From Escherichia phage APCEc01: a stretch of DNA of 64,000 nucleotides. A model generated the notes under the pieces. It was not told the DNA's origin, searched no databases, and saw nothing but the letters and a program-made list of their open reading frames with translations. Shown here one piece after another: positions 37,967-47,613 of the stretch. Position 1 is the first letter of the stretch; every line of letters begins with the position of its first letter. Location: sequence record NC_029091.1, one strand, 5' to 3'. The position numbers and the translations under genes are program-made.

Positions 37967-38902
37967 ATGGCTTTTATTACACGTAGAGAACTTATCAAAG
38001 AATTTACCTCGAACGCATATACTCCAGGACCTAATCCTATCCGTATGCCTGTAAAGACTCCTGAAGAGATTGAGGAAATCTGTTCGTATTATGGGATTAA
38101 TTCTCGTAAGTTTACTCAATTTGAATGCGTTACTAACACACCCGTTAAAGAGTTCATTAAAAATGGCGAGTTCAGCCGTTTATTGGCCAAACAGAAACTT
38201 CGTAATTTTTGTATTGGCGGTGAAGGACAATATTTCGCTAAGCAGTTCCGGAATAACCTTAACAATCTGATGGCCATTGCTTCTCGTATTCGTCCTCAAG
38301 CAATTAACATGAAACATTTGAAATATACTTACGATAAGTTGGAAATCATGGTTATCAGTGAGAACGAGTTCACTCTCACGTATAAACCTAAGAATGATAA
38401 CGTTGCTCGTGTATTCCACCAAGCGTTGGAAGTGTTAGGTGATAATATTCACCAGATTAAAGCAATTTATTCTCGTGAGCTTAATATTATCAACCCTATC
38501 AAGAATAAGGGCCATATCGCTATCCAGGCTCGTGTATCTATTGGTAAAAAGGTTCCTGCGCCATGGTGGCACAAAGACTCTGAATACTATCAAAATCTTA
38601 AAAAGGAAAATGCAACGTTCGAAGCGTCAATTACTGCAACCCCAATTGGCCATGCTGAAGTTCTAGGTGCATATTCTACTGCTCCATCTATACACATTTC
38701 ACCGTCGACTAAACTGGAAATCTCTAACGGTCTTCTTCCTGCCGAAGATTACCATTATAATCAAATCAAGGCCACTGTAGACCAACTATCCGTTGAACTT
38801 GACAAAGCACAAGCTAAGCTTCGTGATGCTCAACAAGTAGTTACCAAGCTCCAGTTGCAGTACTCTAAACTTTTTAACGCAATGAATGCGTTAAAATCAT
38901 AA
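37967..38902 (+). CDS. hypothetical protein with C-terminal coiled coil
   Basis: 311-aa ORF. Confidence 0.55.
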   Translation: MAFITRRELIKEFTSNAYTPGPNPIRMPVKTPEEIEEICSYYGINSRKFTQFECVTNTPVKEFIKNGEFSRLLAKQKLRNFCIGGEGQYFAKQFRNNLNNLMAIASRIRPQAINMKHLKYTYDKLEIMVISENEFTLTYKPKNDNVARVFHQALEVLGDNIHQIKAIYSRELNIINPIKNKGHIAIQARVSIGKKVPAPWWHKDSEYYQNLKKENATFEASITATPIGHAEVLGAYSTAPSIHISPSTKLEISNGLLPAEDYHYNQIKATVDQLSVELDKAQAKLRDAQQVVTKLQLQYSKLFNAMNALKS

Positions 38903-38906
38903 ATCA

Positions 38907-38945
38907 GTTTACAACCAAGGATGGTTGGAGTATAATAAATTTATC
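38907..38945 (+). promoter_or_regulatory. early promoter with stem-loop, repeat family B
   Basis: GTTTACA at 38907-38913, TATAAT at 38931-38936. Confidence 0.6.
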
Positions 38946-38964
38946 TTAACGAGAGGAAAATATT

Positions 38965-39915
38965 ATGACACGTTCACATTACATTGAATACTTTGCAGGT
39001 CTTATCGCTAACGTTCATGCCCAACGTGCTTCTGGTGTACTAGGATTTGATGTTCCACACCGAGATGTAGTAAGTGGTATTCTTCGAGATTTTGGTACAT
39101 ACATAGGCCAAGAAAATCATATCTGTAAAGATACTCAAAATGCATATTCTCATTCATTAGGGACACTGCTTCAATGGTTCAAACGTTCTCGTTTATTATC
39201 TTCTACTGTAGCTCGCGATAACATTAAAAACTTTATGAAGCCGAGCTTCATTAAATCTGTGACATCTAAAACCGATTTGGTTGAATTCACTATTGTTAAT
39301 GATGTTAAAAAGACTCATTTGGCTGATTGGTTATCTACCATTCCTGAAACTAAATTTGCTGATAAATTTGCTTGTGAATTCAATAACCAAGTGAATATGC
39401 TTTTTAAACATTCTCGTAAATTATTCACAGGCGGCGATGATCGTACAAATACAGTTCATGCTAAAGATTGGGTTACTGCAGTGTTCAAACCAACCGGTAA
39501 TGGTACCGCATCATTATCAATTGATATTCAGGTTCCTTATTATTACTCACGTAATCTCGGCACCATGAAAGCTGAAGAAATTAAGAAGCACAATAAAACC
39601 ATTCGTTCGCTGTCTTATAAACTTCGCATGATGTTAAGAGTCATGGACGTGGTAGAAATGTATGATGAAACCGAAGATAATGGTTCAATGTTATACAGTT
39701 CTCGCATTCAAATTAAGTTGAAGAACCCTAACGAGTATAAGCCTAAGCCTATTAAAGAGCCTAAAGCAGAAAAAGTTGATAACTTAAGAGAAGAACGCGA
39801 ATATCTCAAATCTCGTCTGAAAGAAGTCGAAGCCCAGATTGCAGAACAAACTAAATCGTTAAAAGCTCTGAATGCGAAAGCGGATGGTTTACGAAATGCC
39901 ATTGAGGTGTTATAA
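38965..39915 (+). CDS. hypothetical protein with C-terminal coiled coil
   Basis: 316-aa ORF. Confidence 0.55.
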   Translation: MTRSHYIEYFAGLIANVHAQRASGVLGFDVPHRDVVSGILRDFGTYIGQENHICKDTQNAYSHSLGTLLQWFKRSRLLSSTVARDNIKNFMKPSFIKSVTSKTDLVEFTIVNDVKKTHLADWLSTIPETKFADKFACEFNNQVNMLFKHSRKLFTGGDDRTNTVHAKDWVTAVFKPTGNGTASLSIDIQVPYYYSRNLGTMKAEEIKKHNKTIRSLSYKLRMMLRVMDVVEMYDETEDNGSMLYSSRIQIKLKNPNEYKPKPIKEPKAEKVDNLREEREYLKSRLKEVEAQIAEQTKSLKALNAKADGLRNAIEVL

Positions 39916-40220
39916 TGAAACTACGTCTTTTAGAGGATATTGATATGAGCACTAATCATGGCTTGGTTAAGTTTATTGACGATAGTTCAAAGATTGAATT
40001 TGTTCAGCGAGATAAAATCCACGGTGAAGAAGAGTTTGTTCCTCCGGCATGGAACGAAATAATGAAAATGGTTGAACGACGTGAAAATGCTGCCAAATCG
40101 GCAGCAAAACATCCATGCCCGGAATGTGGAACTATCCAAGTCCAACTGGTTAACTGGACAACTGATAACTTGAAATTGAAATGCCGTAAATGCTTCCACA
40201 AATTTGAGAGAACATTATAA
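39915..40220 (+). CDS. small zinc-ribbon protein
   Basis: 101 aa with CPECG...CRKC. Confidence 0.5.
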   Translation: MKLRLLEDIDMSTNHGLVKFIDDSSKIEFVQRDKIHGEEEFVPPAWNEIMKMVERRENAAKSAAKHPCPECGTIQVQLVNWTTDNLKLKCRKCFHKFERTL

Positions 40221-40633
40221 TGAGATATAGCCTTCGTTGTTTTATCGCAGCTTTAGTTTTTGCTATTATTCCATTCATTTGGAACAGCCAGAATACTTAC
40301 ATGGAAACTAAAGTAATTCCTGTGGAGGTAGTGGAATTAATCTCAGGCCAATCTACAGGAAAATATTCTAAATTAGAATTTATTGCAGTCTATAAAGATG
40401 AGCAAGGACGAGTTTTTGACAGGCATGTATCACCGTCGTTTTATACGCTTCTGAATAAAGGTGATACGATAGCTATAGAAATTCGTGAGATGGATATCAA
40501 ACAAACTACTAAAGATAACTTGATTTGGTTCTTTGGTACGGTGTTGTTGGTTTCTATCTGTATCACAGGTTTTATTACATGTATTGTATTTGGCGTTGCA
40601 TATTTAATCGATGAAAGGAAAAATAATGTTTAA
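40220..40633 (+). CDS. hypothetical membrane protein
   Basis: 137 aa, N- and C-terminal hydrophobic segments. Confidence 0.5.
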   Translation: MRYSLRCFIAALVFAIIPFIWNSQNTYMETKVIPVEVVELISGQSTGKYSKLEFIAVYKDEQGRVFDRHVSPSFYTLLNKGDTIAIEIREMDIKQTTKDNLIWFFGTVLLVSICITGFITCIVFGVAYLIDERKNNV

Positions 40634-40889
40634 AGTGTACGGGTATGACTCTACTATTCATAAATGCGTTTATTGTGATAATGCGAAACGATTGCTGACT
40701 GTTAAGAAACAGCCATTCGAATTCATTAATGTTATGCCAGAAAAAGGTGTGTTCGACGATGAGAAAATTACTGAGCTTCTGACTAAGCTCGGGCGTGAAA
40801 CAAAAGTCGGATTGACAATGCCACAGGTATTTGCTCCTGATGGAACTTTGATCGGCGGATTTGACCAACTGCGAGAATATTTTAAATGA
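40626..40889 (+). CDS. nrdC: thioredoxin/glutaredoxin NrdC
   Basis: 87-aa product MFKVYGYDSTIHKCVYCDNAKRLL... with CVYC active site, close to T4 NrdC. Confidence 0.9.
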   Translation: MFKVYGYDSTIHKCVYCDNAKRLLTVKKQPFEFINVMPEKGVFDDEKITELLTKLGRETKVGLTMPQVFAPDGTLIGGFDQLREYFK

Positions 40890-41182
40890 GTATTGATTTA
40901 ACTTTCCCGGGCCCTTATGACCTGGGTGAATTAGAAGCTTTATTATATCAAGAAATGTGCTCTCGTGCTAAGAACGATATTCAGTATGCTATCGATAATC
41001 CATGGGGTGAATTTCGTATATTAATGGGTAATCGAATCATCGGTGTCCAATGGCGATTCGTTGGCCTTGAGCCTGAGGACTATGAAGAAAACGAGCACGG
41101 TGACTGGATTCCTGTTGGTGAATACCACTGGGAATACGGTGGTCCTGATTTTGAAGTCTCTTGTTCATGGGTAGAACAATAA
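40886..41182 (+). CDS. hypothetical acidic protein
   Basis: 98-aa ORF. Confidence 0.5.
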   Translation: MSIDLTFPGPYDLGELEALLYQEMCSRAKNDIQYAIDNPWGEFRILMGNRIIGVQWRFVGLEPEDYEENEHGDWIPVGEYHWEYGGPDFEVSCSWVEQ

Positions 41183-41200
41183 CCTGCGAGAAAATTTTAA

Positions 41201-41557
41201 ATGACATATTCATTAAATCTTAAAGATTTCCAAGATGTATACGAAGTTTGTGCCAATGAACTTGGACCTGATGCTCCAACTATTATTGAAGTTTTAAATG
41301 TGCTCCCTTCATCATTAGCTTACGAAGCCAAATCATGGGGTTGGAACGACACTGTCGTTCGTGATGACCTTTACGTCCTGATGAACGATATGATGGTTAA
41401 AAAGGCAGAACCGGTTGCGCCAATGGTTACCATTACCGTTGAAGAATATAATCGCCTGCAAGCCATTGAAGAGCTTCTGTGGAACATTGAATGTGACCTG
41501 CCGTCAGGGCTAGAATCCTGGATTGATTATGAAGAGCTCAATAAACTCCGGGGTTAA
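41201..41557 (+). CDS. hypothetical protein
   Basis: 118-aa ORF. Confidence 0.5.
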   Translation: MTYSLNLKDFQDVYEVCANELGPDAPTIIEVLNVLPSSLAYEAKSWGWNDTVVRDDLYVLMNDMMVKKAEPVAPMVTITVEEYNRLQAIEELLWNIECDLPSGLESWIDYEELNKLRG

Positions 41558-41857
41558 ACCGTGGTATTCTGCTCGATGGGAGACTGTCGAGCCAGACGTC
41601 GAAACGGTTTACAACGACGAAGAACCATGTTATGATGAACCTTCAATAAATGAATTAATTGATATGGAAATGGGAAGAGATTATTATGCAAGTTAAATTA
41701 TTGTACCGTTTATTAAAAAATGGCAAACACGATTGGTATTTGCTTATTAAAACCGATCCGAATTTTTTCTCTGGACAACCATTTACAGTTCGTCCTACTA
41801 AACGTCAGCTTCGCAAAGCTAAACGTTCTCATCGTAACTTTTATAGAGAATATTGAT

Positions 41858-42283
41858 ATGAATATTTCTGAAACTCGCGGTAAATGGTTCAAGATTGTTA
41901 AAGAAGATGAAGAACTACAAGTCAAGTTTCCTGAATTAAAGAAAGATACGATCATCAAGGTAATTGGTACTACTACCGAAGATGGTTATGGCGACCATGG
42001 CATTATTGAAGTGATGTTGTCTACCGGTGAGAAACTTTGCATCTATGACCGTGATACTTCTCTTTGGTGCTTCTGGGAATCACATTCAATAGATGAACTC
42101 GAAGAAATTGATTCGGCTGATATTGCGGATGTGCTAGGTAGTAAACTTGGTGAATTCGAAGGTGAACGAATTTCTTATGCATTAGCTAAATTAGCTGGAC
42201 AAGAAAATAACGACGGCTATGAAGGTAACCTGATGCAAGCAGCCGCAGAATACATTGAATATTTAGAAAGACGTTTAAGTTAA
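41858..42283 (+). CDS. hypothetical acidic protein
   Basis: 141-aa product from internal ATG (MNISETRGKWFKIVKE...); directly upstream of gene 49. Confidence 0.5.
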   Translation: MNISETRGKWFKIVKEDEELQVKFPELKKDTIIKVIGTTTEDGYGDHGIIEVMLSTGEKLCIYDRDTSLWCFWESHSIDELEEIDSADIADVLGSKLGEFEGERISYALAKLAGQENNDGYEGNLMQAAAEYIEYLERRLS

Positions 42284-42288
42284 TAAAT

Positions 42289-42313
42289 ACCCTTATCTAT
42301 TTAAGGTAAGGGT
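42289..42313 (+). promoter_or_regulatory. hairpin over the gene 49 translation initiation region
   Basis: 7-bp stem ACCCTTA/TAAGGGT; the 3' arm overlaps the RBS 6 nt before the ATG. Confidence 0.5.
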
Positions 42314-42318
42314 TTATC

Positions 42319-42792
42319 ATGTTATTATCAGGCGCAAAATATAAAGAAGAAAAACAAAAATTTTATGATGCACAGAACGGTAAGTGTCCTATTTGCCACC
42401 GTGAATTAGACCCTGATGTTCAAGGTAACCATCTTGACCACGACCACGAATTAAACGGGCCAAAAGCCGGTAGAGTTCGTGGATTACTCTGTAATCTGTG
42501 CAACGCAGCAGAAGGCCAAATGAAGCATAAGTTCAATCGTTCCGGTCTTAAAGGACGTGATGTTGACTACCTCGAATGGCTTGAAGCTCTTCTTGCTTAT
42601 TTGAAACAAGATTATTCTGATAATAATATCCATCCTAATTTTGTTCCAGACAAAACTAAAGAGTTCTCAAGACTAGGTAAAGAGGAAATGATGGCTGAGA
42701 TGCTTCAAAGAGGATTTGAATATAATGAATCTGACACCAAAACACAGTTAATAGCTTCATTTAAGAAGCAGCTTAGAAAGAGTTTAAAATGA
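42319..42792 (+). CDS. 49: endonuclease VII (Holliday junction resolvase) gp49
   Basis: 157 aa, MLLSGAKYKEEKQKFYDAQNGKCPICHREL...HLDHDHELNGPKAG..., close to T4 gp49. Confidence 0.93.
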   Translation: MLLSGAKYKEEKQKFYDAQNGKCPICHRELDPDVQGNHLDHDHELNGPKAGRVRGLLCNLCNAAEGQMKHKFNRSGLKGRDVDYLEWLEALLAYLKQDYSDNNIHPNFVPDKTKEFSRLGKEEMMAEMLQRGFEYNESDTKTQLIASFKKQLRKSLK

Positions 42793-44606
42793 CAATTGAA
42801 AAAGAAATTGAAGGATTGATTCATAAAACTAATAAAGACCTTTTAAACGAGAATGCTAATAAAGATTCTCGTGTTTTTCCAACTCAACGGGACCTTATGG
42901 CTGGTATTGTGTCTAAACACATTGCCAAAAATATGGTCCCGTCTTTTATTATGAAAGCACATGAAAGCGGAATTATCCATTTCCACGATATTGATTATTC
43001 CCCTGCTCTTCCGTTTACTAATTGCTGTTTAGTCGATTTAAAGGGGATGCTTGAGAACGGATTTAAATTAGGCAATGCTCAAATTGAAACGCCTAAATCT
43101 ATTGGCGTTGCTACTGCAATTATGGCACAAATTACTGCACAAGTTGCTTCCCATCAATACGGCGGAACGACTTTTGCTAATGTAGATAAAGTACTTTCTC
43201 CTTATGTTAAACGCACCTATGCAAAACATATTGAGGATGCAGAAAAATGGCAAATCGCTGATGCGTTAAATTATGCTCAATCTAAAACAGAAAAAGACGT
43301 ATACGATGCATTCCAAGCTTATGAATATGAAGTAAATACTCTCTTTAGTTCAAACGGACAAACGCCTTTTGTAACAATTACATTTGGTACGGGAACTGAC
43401 TGGACTGAACGAATGATTCAGAAAGCAATTCTGAAAAATCGTATTAAAGGTCTTGGTCGTGATGGGATAACTCCTATTTTTCCTAAACTTGTTATGTTCG
43501 TTGAAGAAGGTGTTAATCTTTATAAAGACGATCCGAACTATGATATTAAGCAGCTTGCGTTAGAATGTGCAAGCAAAAGAATGTATCCTGACATTATTTC
43601 GGTTAAGAATAATAAAGCTATCACCGGCTCATCTATTCCTGTTTCTCCAATGGGTTGTCGTAGTTTCTTGAGTGCATGGAAAGATTCAACTGGAAATGAA
43701 ATTCTTGACGGTCGTAATAATCTTGGCGTTGTAACACTGAATCTTCCTCGTATAGCATTAGATTCTTATATTGGAACACAGTTCAATGAACAGAAATTTG
43801 TTGAGCTATTTAACGAACGAATGGACCTGTGTTTTGAAGCCTTGATGTGTAGAATTAGTTCCTTAAAAGGAGTTAAAGCGACTGTTGCTCCTATTCTTTA
43901 CCAAGAAGGTGCATTCGGGGTTCGTCTTAAACCTGATGACGACATAATTGAGTTATTTAAAAACGGTAGAAGTTCAGTGTCTTTAGGATACATTGGTATT
44001 CACGAATTGAATATTCTTGTCGGTCGTGATATTGGGCAAGAAATTTTAACTAAAATGAATGCTCATCTTAAACAGTGGTCCGAAAGAACTGGATTTGCTT
44101 TTAGTTTGTATTCTACTCCTGCTGAAAACCTTTGTTACAGCTTCTGTAAACTTGATACAGAAAAATATGGAAGTGTAAAGGATGTTACTGATAAAGGTTG
44201 GTACACTAATAGTTTCCATGTTTCAGTAGAAGAAAATATTACTCCGTTTGAAAAGATTTCTCGTGAAGCGCCATATCATTTCATAGCGACAGGTGGTCAC
44301 ATTTCTTATGTTGAACTTCCAGATATGAAAAACAATTTAAAGGGACTTGAGGCCGTCTGGGATTATGCTGCACAACATTTAGATTATTTTGGTGTTAATA
44401 TGCCAGTGGATAAATGTTTTACATGTGGAAGTACCCATGAAATGACTCCTACTGAAAACGGATTTGTTTGTTCTATTTGTGGAGAAACTGATCCTAAAAA
44501 GATGAACACAATAAGAAGAACATGTGGTTATTTGGGAAATCCGAACGAACGCGGATTTAATCTCGGTAAAAATAAAGAAATCATGCATAGGGTTAAACAC
44601 CAATGA
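42789..44606 (+). CDS. nrdD: anaerobic ribonucleoside-triphosphate reductase NrdD
   Basis: 605-aa uninterrupted ORF (same length as T4 NrdD); C-terminal glycyl-radical motif RRTCGYLG. Confidence 0.93.
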   Translation: MTIEKEIEGLIHKTNKDLLNENANKDSRVFPTQRDLMAGIVSKHIAKNMVPSFIMKAHESGIIHFHDIDYSPALPFTNCCLVDLKGMLENGFKLGNAQIETPKSIGVATAIMAQITAQVASHQYGGTTFANVDKVLSPYVKRTYAKHIEDAEKWQIADALNYAQSKTEKDVYDAFQAYEYEVNTLFSSNGQTPFVTITFGTGTDWTERMIQKAILKNRIKGLGRDGITPIFPKLVMFVEEGVNLYKDDPNYDIKQLALECASKRMYPDIISVKNNKAITGSSIPVSPMGCRSFLSAWKDSTGNEILDGRNNLGVVTLNLPRIALDSYIGTQFNEQKFVELFNERMDLCFEALMCRISSLKGVKATVAPILYQEGAFGVRLKPDDDIIELFKNGRSSVSLGYIGIHELNILVGRDIGQEILTKMNAHLKQWSERTGFAFSLYSTPAENLCYSFCKLDTEKYGSVKDVTDKGWYTNSFHVSVEENITPFEKISREAPYHFIATGGHISYVELPDMKNNLKGLEAVWDYAAQHLDYFGVNMPVDKCFTCGSTHEMTPTENGFVCSICGETDPKKMNTIRRTCGYLGNPNERGFNLGKNKEIMHRVKHQ

Positions 44607-45073
44607 ATTATGATAGATTTTATCCTTGCGATTTTGTGAATGGCCCTGGATGCAGGGTCGTTCTTTTCGTTACGGGTTGTTTGCATAAATGCGAAGGGTG
44701 TTATAATAAATCAACATGGAATGCTAGAAATGGTGTTCCATTCACTGGTGAAACACTAGAACAATTAATTGAATGTTTGAATAATGATTATATAGAAGGA
44801 TTAACTATAACCGGAGGTGACCCTCTCTATCCTGATAACCGAGATGTTATTCATTGCATTGCTCAAACAGTAAAAAATCTTTATCCCAATAAAAGCATTT
44901 GGTTGTGGACAGGATATAAGTTTGAAGATATTAAACAACTAGAAATGCTTAAATATGTTGATGTTATTATTGATGGGAAGTATGAGAAAAATCTTCCGAC
45001 TAAAAAGCTGTGGCGAGGATCAGATAATCAGCGACTTTGGTCAAATACCGATGGGGTGTGGAAACATGATTAA
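44603..45073 (+). CDS. nrdG: anaerobic RNR activating enzyme NrdG (radical SAM)
   Basis: 156 aa with CLHKCEGC cluster motif; start overlaps nrdD stop. Confidence 0.9.
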   Translation: MNYDRFYPCDFVNGPGCRVVLFVTGCLHKCEGCYNKSTWNARNGVPFTGETLEQLIECLNNDYIEGLTITGGDPLYPDNRDVIHCIAQTVKNLYPNKSIWLWTGYKFEDIKQLEMLKYVDVIIDGKYEKNLPTKKLWRGSDNQRLWSNTDGVWKHD

Positions 45074-45183
45074 ATTGAATTACATTATGGATACTATAAA
45101 TGATATGATTTTTCGTTTTGGTCCAGAATTTTATTCGCAATATAGTTTAATGATTATCAATGTTTAGTTAATTAAGGGTAAAT

Positions 45184-45399
45184 ATGTACAAATTTCGTAA
45201 AGGTTTAGCTGATTTTCTTACATCTGTAACGTTCTTTTTGTTTATGGCAGTTGGAGCTATTTTTCTTATTCCTTTTACTGGTGTATTTTTCGTGATTAGT
45301 TTAATTTCTCCAGAAAAGGGTTTATCCTCCAGCGAATTCAATGAACGTTTGGACAAAATTACTAATAAACTGAATTCTGTTCTTGATAAAAAGGCTTAA
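45184..45399 (+). CDS. small membrane protein
   Basis: 71 aa, two hydrophobic segments. Confidence 0.5.
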   Translation: MYKFRKGLADFLTSVTFFLFMAVGAIFLIPFTGVFFVISLISPEKGLSSSEFNERLDKITNKLNSVLDKKA

Positions 45400-45401
45400 T
45401 T

Positions 45402-45719
45402 ATGATTAGTTTTGAGCGGTATGTAGTAGAGAGTTGGAATGGTTTTGATATGTTCGGTAATGACTATTATTTCTATGAATGTAGTCTGAACCCAAGCTTC
45501 TGGGCTGGACGTGAACAAGACCTCGAAGAAATCAACGCTCGTGCCGATTTGTTAGGTGAACTGCCTACGGTTTATTTTACCTTTGATGAATCCGGCTTCG
45601 TTATCCAGGTTTATTTTCCTGAAGAAAACTCTGGTGAGGATTCTGTTAATCCTCCTTATTGGGCTTACCAAGGAATTATTTCTCGTGGAACAAAACTCGA
45701 ACTTAAAGAACAAGATTGA
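45402..45719 (+). CDS. hypothetical protein
   Basis: 105-aa ORF. Confidence 0.5.
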   Translation: MISFERYVVESWNGFDMFGNDYYFYECSLNPSFWAGREQDLEEINARADLLGELPTVYFTFDESGFVIQVYFPEENSGEDSVNPPYWAYQGIISRGTKLELKEQD

Positions 45720-46008
45720 AATTTATGGCATCCCTGAAGAAGTAGGACGTTGTCCAGGATGTTATGCTGTTACAAAACTTTTAAAGGATCTCAATGCTCC
45801 TTATACATTTTATAAAGTCCTCACTAATAATGGTAAGATTGAATATGACCGTCCTTTAATCGTATCTCTTGCTAAACGTGCAGGATTCACTTCACTTAAT
45901 ATTCGTTATCCTGTCATATTTTTAAATGATAAGAAACAAAAGAATATTGCAGAGTTTAAAAAGTCCTTGATTTCATTAGGATATGACTCTGATATCATAG
46001 AAGATTGA
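45715..46008 (+). CDS. glutaredoxin-like protein (NrdH-like); start codon unresolved
   Basis: Thioredoxin-fold sequence KIEIYGIPEEVGRCPGCYAVTKLL with CPGC site; no in-frame ATG at the expected N-terminus. Confidence 0.5.
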   Translation: MEIYGIPEEVGRCPGCYAVTKLLKDLNAPYTFYKVLTNNGKIEYDRPLIVSLAKRAGFTSLNIRYPVIFLNDKKQKNIAEFKKSLISLGYDSDIIED

Positions 46009-46035
46009 CCAGGTGCCGCCTGGTCTTCTTTATCT
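46009..46035 (+). terminator. terminator-like hairpin
   Basis: CCAGG-TGCCG-CCTGG followed by a T-rich run. Confidence 0.45.
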
Positions 46036-46176
46036 CATTTCTAATATAATCCATTGGAATCTTCACTTCACTATCTCCTTGTGCCCCTCTCAAATCAAAA
46101 AATATTTTCATAAAACCAGTTTACATCCTCGATAGATATGTTAAGATTAACACCATCTACCGCAGAGGAAAACAAA

Positions 46177-46359
46177 ATGACAATTGAAGATAAAGAAATT
46201 AAGGTTGACCAGTACTATTCTGTCAATGGTAATGCCATACAGATAACCAGAGTTTCAAGCCTGGATGTTTGGTACCGTTCAATCAAATATCCAGAAATTG
46301 GTGAAATGCTTTGTGACCGTGGTATATTCTGTTCAATTGCGAAGGAAATTAAGTCATGA
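46177..46359 (+). CDS. hypothetical small protein
   Basis: 60-aa product from ATG after GAGGAAAA. Confidence 0.45.
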   Translation: MTIEDKEIKVDQYYSVNGNAIQITRVSSLDVWYRSIKYPEIGEMLCDRGIFCSIAKEIKS

Positions 46360-46604
46360 TTAGTTTAGATTCAAAGAAAGTTGTTCTATCTCTTAATGTA
46401 AATAACGAACGTCCGATATTCATTACCATTTCCGATTTGAACGTTGAAATTGCTAATGGAGTCCGTACTTATCAAACGTCTAAAACACATTGGGATTATA
46501 TCCCGATGTTGACGCTTACTCAGCGTTTAGAATCAATCGGTCTTAAAGACCTTTCAGTAAGTGAAGTGAATTTTATCAAACGCGTTGTATCAATCAACCT
46601 CTGA
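46356..46604 (+). CDS. hypothetical protein
   Basis: 82-aa ORF. Confidence 0.45.
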   Translation: MISLDSKKVVLSLNVNNERPIFITISDLNVEIANGVRTYQTSKTHWDYIPMLTLTQRLESIGLKDLSVSEVNFIKRVVSINL

Positions 46605-46611
46605 GGTACTT

Positions 46612-46905
46612 ATGGGTAAAACATATCGTCGTAAAGATTTGAAAGTTCGCGATTACGACTATTTTGGTAAGCGTAAAGCTCCTGATGGTGTTAGCCACAA
46701 AGACATGGTTGAAAACATTTTCCGCTCAGATAAATGGAAACGTATGAAAGGCGTTGATTCTGAAGTCAAGAATGAAATGAATCGACAACTCCGCAAAGAA
46801 GTTCGTAAGTTGAAAAAAGATGTTTACAGTAAAGAAGAGTATGATTATAATACTTCTCATACTGAAGCCAAACGTAAAGCTAACGAATGTTATCGTTACA
46901 GTTGA
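46612..46905 (+). CDS. hypothetical basic protein
   Basis: 97-aa Lys/Arg-rich product. Confidence 0.45.
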   Translation: MGKTYRRKDLKVRDYDYFGKRKAPDGVSHKDMVENIFRSDKWKRMKGVDSEVKNEMNRQLRKEVRKLKKDVYSKEEYDYNTSHTEAKRKANECYRYS

Positions 46906-46912
46906 GGAAATT

Positions 46913-47047
46913 ATGAATATCAAACGAATGCTTTTTAAGCAGGGATTATATACTTTAAATGTTAATCCAAAGGGTGATACAACTAAATGGTCTGTAAATG
47001 ACTGGATTAAGTTCATCGATGAAAATGGGGCCTGGAACACAAAATGA
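46913..47047 (+). CDS. hypothetical small protein
   Basis: 44-aa product from ATG after GAGGAAA. Confidence 0.35.
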   Translation: MNIKRMLFKQGLYTLNVNPKGDTTKWSVNDWIKFIDENGAWNTK

Positions 47048-47244
47048 ATCCTGAATCTATGTTATCGCAAAAGCTTCGTGAAGAACGTGCCGAATTCTTT
47101 GCCAATATGAAACTCAACGGCGTTGAGGATGAAGACTTCTTACGCTGGTTCTGGATTTACAAATACAAAGAATGCCAGCACGCTGTACTACTGACTTGTG
47201 CAGTTATGTACGAAGGCTGGAAAGGCGCTAAAAAGTTCGGTTAA
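47044..47244 (+). CDS. hypothetical protein
   Basis: 66-aa ORF. Confidence 0.45.
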   Translation: MNPESMLSQKLREERAEFFANMKLNGVEDEDFLRWFWIYKYKECQHAVLLTCAVMYEGWKGAKKFG

Positions 47245-47246
47245 TA

Positions 47247-47290
47247 ATGTACAACGATAGGAAGATATGTTATTATCTTCCTATCGTCTT
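47247..47290 (+). promoter_or_regulatory. early promoter with stem-loop
   Basis: ATGTACA -35, TATTAT at 47271-47276, 12-bp inverted repeat GATAGGAAGATA/TATCTTCCTATC. Confidence 0.55.
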
Positions 47291-47307
47291 AAAATGAGGA
47301 AAATATC

Positions 47308-47547
47308 ATGGCCCAAGAATTAGATTTTATCAAATTCAAAAAACACCTCGACGTTAAAATTGGGGATTCAATTGTTAGGATTGAGTATGACATTTTAACA
47401 GATGCTATTACTGTTGGTTGTGATGGAAATAGTTTCAGCTTCGATACAACCGAAAACAAATACCCAATCTATAAAGGCATCTTTGATATGGGTGTTGATA
47501 TTACTCCACGCGATACAAATTACTTGCTTTTCATGCTTAAAAAATAG
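47308..47547 (+). CDS. hypothetical protein
   Basis: 79-aa ORF. Confidence 0.5.
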   Translation: MAQELDFIKFKKHLDVKIGDSIVRIEYDILTDAITVGCDGNSFSFDTTENKYPIYKGIFDMGVDITPRDTNYLLFMLKK

Positions 47548-47590
47548 TATACAAACTCTTGAGAGCAGAGTATAATTCTCTCGTTGGATA
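47547..47590 (+). promoter_or_regulatory. early promoter with stem-loop (near-copy of the 17034 cassette)
   Basis: GTATACA -35, TATAAT at 47571-47576, shared core AAACTCTTGAGAGCAGAGTATAAT. Confidence 0.55.
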
Positions 47591-47613
47591 ATAAAATAAC
47601 CGAGGAAAATAAT

